A stretch of 64,000 nucleotides of DNA from Klebsormidium nitens (taxonomy: Eukaryota; Plantae; Klebsormidiophyceae). Below, piece after piece: positions 25,758-38,300 of the stretch (positions within the stretch are counted from its first letter, which is position 1; every line of letters starts with the position of its first letter). A program made the translations under genes and the position numbers. Location: assembly GCA_000708835.1 (NCBI GenBank), contig DF237181.1, positions 1 to 64,000 on the forward strand, given 5' to 3'. The notes beneath the pieces are model-generated. The model was not told where the DNA came from and searched no databases. It was given only the letters and a program-made list of their open reading frames with translations.

Positions 25758-26549
25758 GCGAAACACAGTCGGACGAATTAGCTGGCGTCATGATGATTCT
25801 CTGCATGCGAAGTCTTGTACATAAACGTGATTGACTCGGTCTGGCACGTCGGAGCGATTCATTATAAGGCAAAAACTGTTGACTTATGCGGCCGCCATGC
25901 AGTAGTGTAAAACACATAATTGTCTAGGCCGGGTCGAGCATATATTGCGCGGTGTGTCGGATCATATACAGCGCTGCATATGGTGCGCGAGCATGCATAA
26001 GATAGCATGTGAACATGCTGTGCACGATATCGATATGTTGATTTCTGCAGGCATGGCTGCTATAAACGAAGGCAACTCCGGATCCTGTCCATGGCAATTA
26101 TATACCCAGGAATTATGCATTCTGTGAACTTCGGAAGCTTGGGGGAACCCGCCCGACACCGACATGTGTGGCAAGTTGCTGGGGAACTGAATACGACCAA
26201 TATCTTCTCCAAAAACACCTCAGTTTTGCTCTAAGCATAGTGCGGATGCTGCCTGCTTCATTGACACTTGCTGATTATCACTGAGCTGCACAGACTTTCA
26301 TCTGGCAGCAGCTATGGAACAGATTCCGTGACTCTCTCGACTTGACAAGTGCCTTCTAGCGTGTACAACAAGAAGTCATCAGCATCCAGTACAACCCTAA
26401 CAACTCGAAGCTGTCAAACACCTTCGAGAACTTCCGTCACCGGCGACTAGCTTCGATCACCCTGTAGCTCTCTCCCCACTACTAAGAACACTTCCGAGAC
26501 ACCGCTTTCCTACTTTCGTAACTAAAACCTTTCCCCTCGTTTTCAGTTG

Positions 26550-28674
26550 CTAGTCATCGTCGTCATCGACAACGGCCGCGCGCCGACTCCGCGCCTGATG
26601 CTTCCGGAAGCTCTGCACCTGGCGCTGCAGCCGGTAGTACCTTTCCATGTCGAAGTGCCGTGCGTGCGCCACCTTCTCCTGCTTCGTCAAGTAGAACCTT
26701 GTGAACGCGTCGCTGTAGCTCGGCTCCTTGCGCGTGATTAGAAACCACGCATACCCGAAGACCCCCGTCGCCATCGCCGCAAAGTACGTGATTGGCTCCA
26801 TGACGTCCCACGACAGCTCCCAGAACGTCAGCCGGAAGAAAAAGGCGGTCTGCAGCGAAAGGGCACCCCAGCCCAACCAGAGGTACCGCCGCGCGTGCGC
26901 GCGCGCCGCTCCGTCAATGGCCCGCTTCTCTAGTTGCATCGCCTCAAACTCTTGGATGCGCGGGTCCTTCTCGTCCACCATGGGGGCCGGGAGCGCCTGG
27001 AGGACCTGCTGGGCGATCTGCATAGGGAGGGATCACATACATTCATTTGCCAAAGTACTCATGAAGAAGTTGCACTCTTGATGGATGAAAACCCGCTTCT
27101 ACCAGATTTGCTTGGACAAACTGTTCAGCTGCAAATATTGGTTGGACATGGTCCAACATACTGGCAAGGACACGCCATGATAGGCGTGGGTGCAAAGGGC
27201 AACGCGTCATTGTCAGATGCTATGGAAACTGGCAAACCGGATATGGCACCACCCACTTTAACCAACAATTATACGCCCATGCCAACATTCAAAAGCTGCG
27301 AATCGCAGAGCATTCTGCTGACCAAACGTCAAACTTGTTCTTGACTATTGACTGTATTACGGACAGGACGGCAATCGGTAATCGGAAGACATGTTAGCAA
27401 CACCACAGGAATTCGACATGACTGGCTTTACACGACAGATCATGGTCATCTTCCCAGGGCAAGACCGGGCGGAACAAGTGTGAGTTGACCGACTTTCAGG
27501 ACTTGTAAAGAAGACTTAACCAGTCTTCAAAGTGGGGTAATGCTCGCGCTGTTGCATTTGAACACAAAAAGGTGGGGTGCAGGATGCTCTGCGCTGAAAA
27601 GCAATGTGGCTGGAAATTCGGTGGCCTCACTTCTTCTGGCCGGAGAAAGGCCTTGTCTCGAAGCTGGATCAAAACGCCCGCCTTGTCAAGGGCAGCAACC
27701 ACCTCCTGCGCCTCCTCGTCCGTGTCAGCTGAGCCTGGAAGACAAAAAAAGAGGTTAAGAACCACGTATCTTCACTTTGCAAGGACGCTCTTTCAACAAG
27801 CACAGCAGACGCTCCCAAAGCGGGGAAAAAGTGTGCCTGAAAAGAAACGAACTAGGGCCGGGAAAGGCTCGTGAAGGTGTGCTTAACCTTCGATTGGGGC
27901 TTCATTGAGGGTTTACATGGTGAATCGGCTTGTATTCAAGCTTTAAGAGGAAGGTAAATTTGACACCAATTGCAAACTTGTCAGAGGCCAAGAAGAAGCT
28001 CTACCATTTAACCGCCAGCTCAGCACAAGTAGCCTGCTCTGTCGCCGCTAGTGTTACTGTACTGCTTGCGACCTGACAGAAGTCCTGCCAGAAGTCCTGC
28101 CAGGAAACTGCCCTGACACAATGCACCAAAAGCATGCACACTGCTCGAAATGACCATGCTCACCTGTCTCCCTACACATCGTGTACAGCTCCGGAAGGCT
28201 GATCCATGCCCGCTCATGGTCCCTGAGCTGCTCCCGGAGCAGCGTCAGAGTCGCAGTCCTCAAAAGAGCCTTGGTATCCCTCACCGGGTCTGCCCTTACG
28301 GGCGCCCCTGCCGGCGCTTGCACACCGGGCACTTCAACTGTCTGCCCCACGGCGCTTTCGTAGCGCATGGTCGAGGAGTGGAGCAAGCGGGATTGCAGAT
28401 GGAACATGGCGCCGGCGGAACTTGAAGTGAACTGCCGGGAAAACGATGCGGTCGCAAAGGGAGTGCATGATTGAGGGGAGCCACCAGTCTGCTTCCTCAA
28501 AGCATCGGGCACTTCCGGGTTCAGCAATTGTGCTGGAACAAGCTCAGAGTCATGTTGTTCATCATCTTCCCTACGACCCAAAGTCTGCACTCTGGATGCT
28601 ACTGGACGCCAACAGCTTGCCGAGTCCACTTGTGTGAAAGCTCGCAAGGCCCTCCTGGCCAGAGTTTGAGCCAT
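26550..28674 (-). CDS. MCU: Mitochondrial calcium uniporter (about 360 aa)
   Basis: Exons 28674-28164, 27734-27631, 27017-26550. Two TM helices flank the pore motif RLTFWELSWDVMEPITYF. N-terminus is Arg/Ser-rich and transit-peptide-like. Confidence 0.93.
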
Positions 28675-29851
28675 ATTGAAGGCTCTCAATTTGGAGAGGT
28701 GCTGATGCAGAGTGACTAAGCAAACTGCACCAGATTACTACAGGTTTGAAAGTGGTGCATTGCTAGTAGCTACATGAATTCAGGCAAAGAAGTTGCATCA
28801 GGTGGCTCAAGCTCTGCTACCTTCCTTCTGGGAGGCCTGCATGGATGTGGGCATCTCAGCTTACGCGAAAGCGCCTTTGGAAGCGCTGCCAAAAGGGCCC
28901 TTCATTCTTCACCAAGCTAGCCCTGGCCCTGGGCCTCTCTAGCCAACAATATTCCAATCTGGGAGCATGCTAGGTAGCACCAAAGCCTGCACTTGATCTG
29001 TCCTCCGGCTAATTCGAGTCGAATGGCCCTCTGGATGAGTATTTTATATAAGCTATCGTGAAGACAAGTTCTGGGGGCGATTTATCAATCGCGAAAAATG
29101 GCAATGCGCAGCTCCATTGCGTCCGAGATATTTGTCCCAATCTAGATACGAGCCGTACGAGGAGCCCGGTGCACGCTGTGACCCAAGACATTTCAATTTG
29201 CCGGGCACAGCTGCGGGTATTATTCTCCACAGTAGGGTGCCCGGTACAGCCGTACCGGCGATTGTAGAAGTTTTGCAACTTGTTGCAACTGCTCCGGCTT
29301 CGGATTCTTGGAGAGTTACGGAGTTGCAACTTTGAAATTTCTTTCCTGAACTGTCGCTAAGAATTTTATGTTGAACGGCAATGGATTGTGGAGGCGGAAA
29401 CGGGAGAGGACGTACCGGTACAGGGGTAATACAAGGCAATGCCACGCCTGACGGCGTTTGCTGGCATTGCCAAAAAGGCGAGTGCCGGCGGCCGGGTATT
29501 CTCGGTGCCAAGAATGGAGGCAGGCTGCAGCCTCAGGAGACTGCAAATTCTGTTTAAATCCATGATTCCGACGGCCGGCGATAGCCCCCGAGCACTAGGA
29601 AAGTCCTGTGATAGTGGCCGGCGTGTAGTGTGCTACTATATTCGTACCCAAATTGTGGCTCCGGCACTCCGACTCCCACCGGCTACCGTGCACCCCACGG
29701 TTGATGATCGTAGAAAACATGAAAATGCTACATATTACGGAAGCTCGATATCGTATATCGGTAGTTTTGACGCTTAGGTAGGTCGGTACCTCGTATACCG
29801 GTTATCTAACGAGTTATGCAACTGGCCTCGACGGCGTATGTCTTATCCAGA

Positions 29852-30036
29852 CAATTCCCTTGTCTCCTAAGGGGCTTGTCTCTGGAGCTTCATATACCGG
29901 GAACGAGTAGGGTTTGCTTAAATGGTTAGAGTTGGTAGAGGTGCGGAGCGAATAAAGGTTTTGGGTTAGAGTTTCTGGCAGAATTGCCCGGGCTTTTAGA
30001 TTTTTGGAGAAAGCCCCTTAGGAGACAAGGGAGTTG
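29852..30036. mobile_element. Small hairpin (MITE-like) element A, about 30-bp inverted arms, telomere-like core
   Basis: CAATTCCCTTGTCTCCTAAGGGGCTTGTCTC (29852-29882) pairs with GAGAAAGCCCCTTAGGAGACAAGGGAGTTG (30007-30036), with 1 mismatch and 1 indel. Core has GGTTAG/AGGGTTT motifs. No clear TSD. Confidence 0.7.
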
Positions 30037-30825
30037 CCACGATGTATATATATATGTTTCTGGTTACTGGGGGGTTGGCCGGTAATTTTGCCTCTTATCT
30101 TGCCACGTGCCTGATTGCTGCCGACATTAATCTGCTGTTGACACAATAAATTTGTTTTAAAGGCCACTTCGAACCGTCGATTCCCAAAGCACTAATCCTA
30201 CGGTCAAAATTTGTATTTTATTGAAAGGCCCCGATTGGTTCCAAAAAGATGAGTCAGATTCATCGACGGTGCGAATCCCCAGGTACGAAACTCGGTCCGG
30301 TATTATTTGGAGGACAGGTGAGATCTGTGGAGGCCCGGTGGAAATGGAAGTGTCAACCACGGACTGATCCTTTTTCCGCTTTCGTATGACACTTAGAAAC
30401 TATTTTGACGTCTCCCGGGCCCCTACACAGAGGTGAAAGAACCGTGAAGGCGAGTCCACGCTAGCCTTTGACCCAGGTGCCAGATCGTGTGGCTATGCGT
30501 GCGCGTGCACCGTTGACAGAGCTGAAAGTTGCTGATCAAGGCTGGCACGAGTCAAGCAGGGCAGCAAGGTCTGATTCCTCAGGCTGCAGCCGCTGCTGCG
30601 ACTGGCCAATCTGTGCAAACGATCCAGAGCGATTCCCTGTCTCTGCAAATCGGATCTTTTGTCTCTTCCTGTCACGGTTTTCCCACACCAAGCTTTTCAC
30701 TTCCAGAATTCTTTTGAGGAAGCACAGCAGGAGCACAGCACCCTTGCAGTAAGTAGTACTCAGAACATTTGCGCTTCGCACAACCATTCCTGTTGCGAGC
30801 TTCCTCGCTTCAGCGACCATCAACC

Positions 30826-33800
30826 ATGGCTACGCACTCCCAGTTCTACGAGGCCACAAACCTGGATAAGGAGCCGTATTGGCCATCAAAGAAGTTGAGG
30901 ATCTCTGTGACAGGTGCAGGTGGTTTCATTGCATCTCACATTGCACGCAGACTCAAGAAGGAGGGACACTACGTGGTTGCTTCAGATTGGAAAAAGAATG
31001 AGCACATGCCGGAGGACATGTTCTGCGACGAGTTCCATCTGGTAAGTAGGTTGAGGTTGTGCCATTGTGCCAGCAGTCCTCATGACGCTGTGAGGATATT
31101 GCCTATCGTATCTTGTTGTATGCTTGCGATGCAGTTTGCTGTTTCATCCATAGCATGATATTCTGTGCATCCCCGTGCTGACTTTGTAAGGCACTGATCC
31201 AAGGCCTCCGCTTTCAGGTTGACCTTCGGGTCATGGACAACTGCTTGGAGGTGACCAAGGGCATCGATCATGTCTTCAACCTGGCGGCTGACATGGGAGG
31301 CATGGGTTTTATCCAGTCAAACCACGGCGTCATCATGTATAACAACACAATGATCAGCTTCAACATGTTGGAGGCCTCTCGGATCAATGGGGTTCAAAGG
31401 TGATTCTCAACGCCTGGCGCTTGATCGTGGATCAATGCAGTTTTGCTTGGGGTGGTGGTGGTAAGCGTAATTCTAGAGAAAATCATCATGAGTAGCCGCT
31501 GTCTCATACAGTGCACGCTTTAGTGAAAGTCGAAAGCGTCTTCAGCGTCCTGATGTGTGTGTTTGTTCCTCCATCAGCATATCATTAACCAAAGTGTTGT
31601 GGTTTTGCAGACTATTCTACGCCTCAAGCGCCTGCATTTACCCCGAGTTCAAGCAGGCAAGTAATCTTCCTGTCAAAACATAAACGTGAATATGTCGGAA
31701 ACTTTGCACCAAAGTTCTGATTGATCAGCACTCTTGCTGCACCTGATCAGTGCAATCCACTTTCTGAAGGCTGACCAATTGCATCTTGACTAATCAAACT
31801 GCACTGTTCAGTGATGGTTCTTACTGCCACCTGCTCCCAAAAGTTGAATGAAGGAGATGAAATCACTCTTGTTCTTTGTATTGTGCAGTTGCAAACAGAT
31901 ATTGTGGCCTTGAAGGAATCAGACGCTTGGCCCGCTGAGGTGAGCTGACGAGGGTGGCGGTGGACCCCTGATCAATATATGCAAATGCACGAAGCAGCAG
32001 TACTTTCCAGAAAGTGGTGGTAGACCGGCTGCTTGTCTAAAGAACTTCGTCAAAGCAGCAGCTACTTTTTGAAAGAAAGTAAAAGCAGCCTGATTAGATT
32101 TCTAGTCTGGCTAATCAAAATCTCCTGCGATGCTGCGAGTACATCAGCAGGGCCAAGGTAAGAGCAGTGTCAAAGCCAAACAATCGCAATGATGAATGAT
32201 TTTTCTGACAGGGCCATAGATAGAGGAAGGTAACACACCTGAAATGCTATAATACGATTTGAAGAGCTTGCTGTTCAGAGGCTTGGTGCTCTTGCAACAG
32301 TTTGCGTCAGTTTGTTGTACCTGGGGAAGTTCTGACGTTTGCGCTGTGGTTCTCAACTTGCAGCCTCAGGATGCCTATGGTCTGGAGAAGCTGGCCTCTG
32401 AGGAGCTGTGCAAACACTACAACAAGGATTTCAAGATTGAGTGCCGAATTGGTCGCTTCCACAACATCTATGGGCCTTACGGCACATGGAAGGGTGAGGA
32501 ACTGTTCTGGAAGGCTTTCAATCTGGAATGGACGCCAGCTCCACACCCTTCGCAGCTTTGTGTTGCTGGGGATCTATGCACCACCTTTTCCAGCTCCCAT
32601 AAAGGCTTGCTGTCTGATCCAGTCTGCGCTGCGCCTTGTCTATCATGAAGCAGTAAGCGCGGCTGCTGTGGTACTTCAATCAATTGGTGGCGTAATCTGT
32701 CTGTACTCAAAAGTTCTCTCTTCCTGTGCCAGGTGGTCGGGAGAAGGCTCCGGCAGCTTTCTGCAGAAAGGTCCTCACCGCCACTGACAAGTTCCAGATG
32801 TGGGGTGATGGGAAGCAGACGCGGTCGTTCACTTTCATCGATGAATGCGTCGAAGGCGTATTGAGGTAGGTCATCAATCAACATAAAGCACTGATCGTGT
32901 CGTTTGGTAGGTGCAGTCTAGAGAAGGTGAGATAAGGACAGCTGAAATAAGGTAGACATTGCTCTGATTTGGGGGGGCACTCGGAAGGCCTTTCCTTCCA
33001 GGTGTCAATCATAGTCGCTACTTCTGTTTTAGGGGGAAGTGGCGCAGACACCTGACATCTTAGCGTGCAATTCTCACGTTGTGTGCAGCAAAGTAGCAGT
33101 TGGTGTAGTGGAAGCGATCACACGTGGCTTTGTCACGTGGCTTTGACTGACACTCGCCACCCAGACTAACTATTCTATTATTAGTTGGGACTCTCTGGGA
33201 ACCCTCTCCTTGCTTTTGCAGGTTAACGAAGTCCGACTTCATGGAGCCTGTGAACATTGGAAGCGATGAGATGGTCAGCATGAACGACATGGCCAAGATC
33301 ATCATGTCATTCGAAAACAAGGACCTTCCTATTGAGCACATCCCTGGACCCGAGGGCGTGCGCGGGCGCAACTCGGACAACACCTTGATCAAGGAGAAGC
33401 TAGGCTGGTCACCAACAATGAAGCTTGCGGTGAGCACTGTTTTCACAGCATCAGTTTCTTAACCCATTGGAGCAAGAGCTTGGTTTTCCGATAGGAACTG
33501 TAACTTTGTGCATGATTTCTTCTTGACTCCATGCTACTCTGTCCGGTTGGACAGAGCACTCTCTTGTCAGTCGCTTCTTTTTGCTAAGACAGCCATGTTT
33601 CTTCTAGCCTCGACCATGGGTCCATCTGAGTATACCAGGGCGATTCATCGTCGAATCACCGGTTTGTATCTTCACGCCGCAAACTTGTACTTGTTGGTTT
33701 CGGGTCACGGAAATTTTTGCCCGGTTCTGATTGCTCAATAAGTTGACCAGGTTGAACTAGGGCAGTTGCATCGGTCTTACTTGTATTGAACTCCTGTGCT

Positions 33801-33978
33801 CTTGTCTCTCCAGGACGGGCTGAGGATCACTTACTTCTGGATCAAGGAGCAGATTGAAAAGGAGAAGGCTGCTGGTGTTGATGTTGCGTCTCAATACGCC
33901 AAGTCAACGATTGTTGGTACAAGCGCTCCAGTCGCACTTGGATCACTCCGAAAGGCAGATGGCAAGGAGGGTTTCTAG
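30826..33978 (+). CDS. GME: GDP-D-mannose 3',5'-epimerase (376 aa), ascorbate and cell-wall sugar biosynthesis
   Basis: Exons 30826-31041, 31218-31399, 31611-31656 (GC donor), 31889-31939, 32364-32493, 32733-32865, 33222-33429, 33814-33978. Motifs ITGAGGFIASH-type Rossmann (VTGAGGFIASH), AADMGGMGFIQSN, YGLEK, GREKAPAAFCRK, GPEGVRGRNSDN. Confidence 0.97.
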
Positions 33979-35357
33979 GTCACAGCCAGCGGGTTTGACC
34001 ATGTCTGATTCTGGTATACGCACAGGTGCATCTCTGAAGAGCCATTAGACAGAACAGTAGGCTCGGCTCAAGGATTAGACGTTCTAGTTTCAAGCTGCGA
34101 GCTCGACAATGATCGAGAAGGTATATGCCAATGTAACGTTAAGATTTGATTCACGCAGCTTTGATGCTCAATTTCTCGGTAATTGCAGGTGCAAGCACAC
34201 AAATGTCACATGGTTACTGCATGATTATAGGATCCCAACACTAAGCGTTTGACGCTGCTAGATTTTCCTGAATTCATTGTTTCAGACTCGATTTGAAGCA
34301 TGCCTTAAATTAAAGATAACTCAAACAACGCCTTGCATGACCTGCACCCTGCATGGTAACATGCAATATCTTGGAGTACACTGCGCGCGTCCATATAGCG
34401 ATGCTCGGGGCCGTCTATACCATATACTAAAACCATAAACTCGCCAACAATTTACTTAAATTGACCCAATCCTGAGTTAAGAACACATAGGTGATACTCG
34501 GCAGCTCCTAACCGACAGCTGCCGCCATGTCGAATCAAATGGTCACTGAGTACAGATCAGATCGCCTATATAGCCTGCATGCATGCATGCATGGAGATCT
34601 TGAGTCTGCTAGCAAGTTGCAAGTGACAGCTCCTCATGCATGCAGTCGTCAATCTGCCTGGCCATGCCATATATATGACGGACTCACGGTCAGTGGGCAA
34701 TAACAATTACAAAGCTATACTATGATAGAGCTCTCTACGTATACATGTAACATGAGATATACGCCGCGTAGGTTCAACAACGTCGGCACGCGGTGCTCCA
34801 GAGTCCATATGATCGAATGGATTCACGTGCATGGACTCACTTGAATCTCTCATGCATTCAAGTCACTACAGGCTACTATCCAGCTACGCAGGGTAAACGA
34901 ATGAAAGATCGGCCAATCATGCAACATACTTGAAGTTGTAAGCATACAATACCGCCGGCCACATGAACGCTAGCCACCAGCCTATGCATGTGGTTAAGTG
35001 CCTAGCCAGTCATCCGCGCCAAGGGCTGTCTCGCTGCATGACTATCATTAGCCGTTCAAACACCTACATTGCAGCACCACATGTTCAACTCAGCAACAGG
35101 TCGACCGTCCTGATAGAGTGACTTCGATCGTTCTCAAAACGTTGCGCATGATACTGGTGGACCAGTTGGCGCAGTGGAGGAACTAGGTACTGCATGCAAG
35201 AAAGCAACGGTAGGACCTTGGAGCCAGCTGCTCCAAGAGCCAACCCTGTTTAAGGAACGTTCGCCAATAAAAAGCCAAGTCCTTGTTTCTTGGCAGACAT
35301 GCGGTCAACACTCCTCCAGACTCTTTTTAGCTCATTCCCAGCAAAACTCGCCGAATT

Positions 35358-38300
35358 TCAGAACAGCTGGGCCAAAAGCGTGGTTGTACCATCTCCGAAG
35401 GAGCGCAAGCCAGCTGACTTGACGACTGCTCGGCAAAGTGGGCACGTGCGCTCGCGCTCAAACCTGCGATGATCGAGCAGACACTGTCACTTCCGAGGGC
35501 TTGTGAGGGAGCGGGATGTATCAAACTGCACCACCATCGCTAGCATTACGAACCACGCCTTTTTAAGTCAAAGATAGACGAATGCTCTGCAACGCCCAAG
35601 TGGATCACGTCAAAACAGCCCCATGAATCTGGTACTGCTTGAAGCTGAATGAAACGCTCGGACTTCCCAATCAACCGCTCCTCGAAGCTCACCTTTGACG
35701 GGTTACCCCTTAACCGGCCGCATTCATTCTGTTGATGCGCAAACAACGCGGAAAAAGCTGATAGAGATTTGCAATGCTTACCACTCTGCCACGCAGTCTT
35801 CGCAAAACACGTGGTGACACCGGAGCGAGATGGGCGACTGCATCTTCTCCTGGCAGATGGCGCACAGGTCCCCTGCCGCCAGCACCTGCAGAGCAAACAA
35901 CTAGGATGGGATGGCCGCGTGGGTCCGTAAGTCCGTGCACCTTTAGTCACAAACACGATACGAACTCGAAGCGCGTCAATGCTTGGGGCCTTCCGGATCT
36001 CGCAGCTGCAAATAGCCGTTCCAAAATGCTGGTTTGCTAGCTGACGGAAGCAGTCTGATTGTTGGGTCTGGAGATCACGGGAGACGCAGTTCAAAATAAT
36101 GCTCCACAGACCAGCCATCGGTGCTCCACAGACTGCTAAGTGCAATCTGCGAGGAGGCGCACGAGGCCTCGTCCCTTCTAATGGGGCCGGTTCGCGAATA
36201 GAGTGGACCCGCGCTGAGGGAAAACTGCAACATTTGAGCCACTACGGCCCGTTTCCGACTCGAGACGGCGCATATCTTTGCAGAATTCGGCTGTGATTCT
36301 TCCCCTCTCAAACTCCAGATCTTTTCCGAGGGAAGGGCTTGGCTCCCAGAGTGTGCGAAGCGATAAAGAATAAAAATGTCAAAAAAATTTGTCAATTTGG
36401 GGCTAAGCCAGACGCTTGCCCGAACCGAACAGCGGTAGCCGTCGATAAGGACGACCGACGACCTCTGATCGACCGCAAGCATCGGACTTCCAAAAACTGT
36501 TCAGCGGAGACGTAATCACGAGTCCTACCTCTTCAGAAGTTGCCACCTGGCCGTACTGCACCTCTCTCCGGGCGACGGTCCGCGCAGCCGAAATGAACGA
36601 GCACACCTGCGGACGCAGGTGCCTTTTCACACTCTCTTTCTGAAATTGGGACGGTCTTTTAGGTCCAAAACCATCGGGTGGTTGGTTCAAATCGAGCTGG
36701 AGTGAAAAGACGGCTCTTGGGTGATCAAACGGCTTTGGTCGGTTACAGGGGTTCGAGTAATCCCGAACTATTTGTGTGTTCAGACGGTCACCAGAATGAT
36801 CGGACTGATCTCGGATAATGGCCTCAAGCAGAATAGAGGTTTTACAATGGTGATCCTCACTTTGCCAAAGAACTTGCACCAGCCGAAACGGAATTGAAGA
36901 AGCTGAAGTGTTTGGTGAAATACGAATGAAAGAGGACTTCAGCATTCAGTATGGTGGTCGATTCCTGGCCTCTTGGCTTCCCGGCAAATACTGAACACGG
37001 GTCCCAACAAACGCGGTGCTTTCTGATGGTCAAGGGACTCCTCAAGGCAAAGAGATAAAGTCGAAAGGAGAGCGTAAAGCAAAAGCTTGCCTTGTCGAAA
37101 GTCGCCGTGAGCTTGAAGGTGAGGTACAGGCCCGTGGTAAGGCTCGAGAACAGGTGGCCGTACGTCTCGTTCAAGAAGAACCTGACGTCGAGAGAGGCCA
37201 GGTGTGAGAAACTAGAAGCTGGCAAGTGTGCTGGCCTGGAATTGTAAGACTTTGGGCGGGCAGTATTTCAGGGACTCCTTATGATTCAAAGTTGCACAGA
37301 GCTCATGTGACAGAGAACGAGCTCCTCCGCTCCGGTAGCTCTTCCGAAGACAAGCACAGTGCGGAAACGATTGATGAAAAAAAGGTCCACATTCGCATTA
37401 GAGAGTTTACAGATGCTGCGGCACAAGACGGAAGACAACCAGATCATTTACCAAGCACCTTGTACCTACTGCGTTGCAAAGGTCTGGGAATGAGGGAGCT
37501 TCAATCCAACGAAAGAATGAGAAGCGCCGACGACAGAACCGCCAGGATCATGTTCTCCTAAACAGGAATATGCCTGAGCTGAATCAAGGGGTGGAGAAAC
37601 GGGCTGCTCACCGGTACCATACAGGGGCGGGGATGAGCGCTCGGTACAGGAGCGAAGTGTACTCCACCAAGGTCAAAAGTTGGGCCTGTACGCACGACGG
37701 TTTCAGTTGAAGAATGACAAAAGCATCGGAAATTTCTCGGCCAAAAGATGCTCCCAATGATGCCGCGACCCGACAACCACTCGGAGTAAGTAAGTGAGCA
37801 CTTGGACGATGTCGCGACACTTCCGGAATAGTGAGCTCAAGGAATAGTAAGCTCAAACCAAACACTAAAATCCTAACCTATGAAATCTACCTGCTCCGCA
37901 CCCGTACCCACCCTGACCCCCAAACTAACCCTGCCCGTCCCGGGCTGGTGATATTACTATTCCTTGAGCTTACTATTCCTGAAGTGTCATGTCTTACTCG
38001 GACGACCTGCAGGACTCCGACCGGCTACCACGTGAACGAGTTTACCCAAGCGAACGTGCATACCGAAGGTGCAAAGCGTCTACTTTGCGTGTTGTCTTAA
38101 ACTTTCTCACAAAGACAGGAAACTTTGATACGAACAATATGGATAGCAGAACAGCCTGAAAGTCCGTCTGCACACGGCCCAGCCACGAAAGCCGAATGCA
38201 AGTTCGTCCTAGTGGGTTGGACTTACCTGTTTTCGGAACGGCCGCCCCCTGGCGTGCTTTTGGCCGGCCAGCAGGCACGCCTTGATGATCATCGCGAAGT

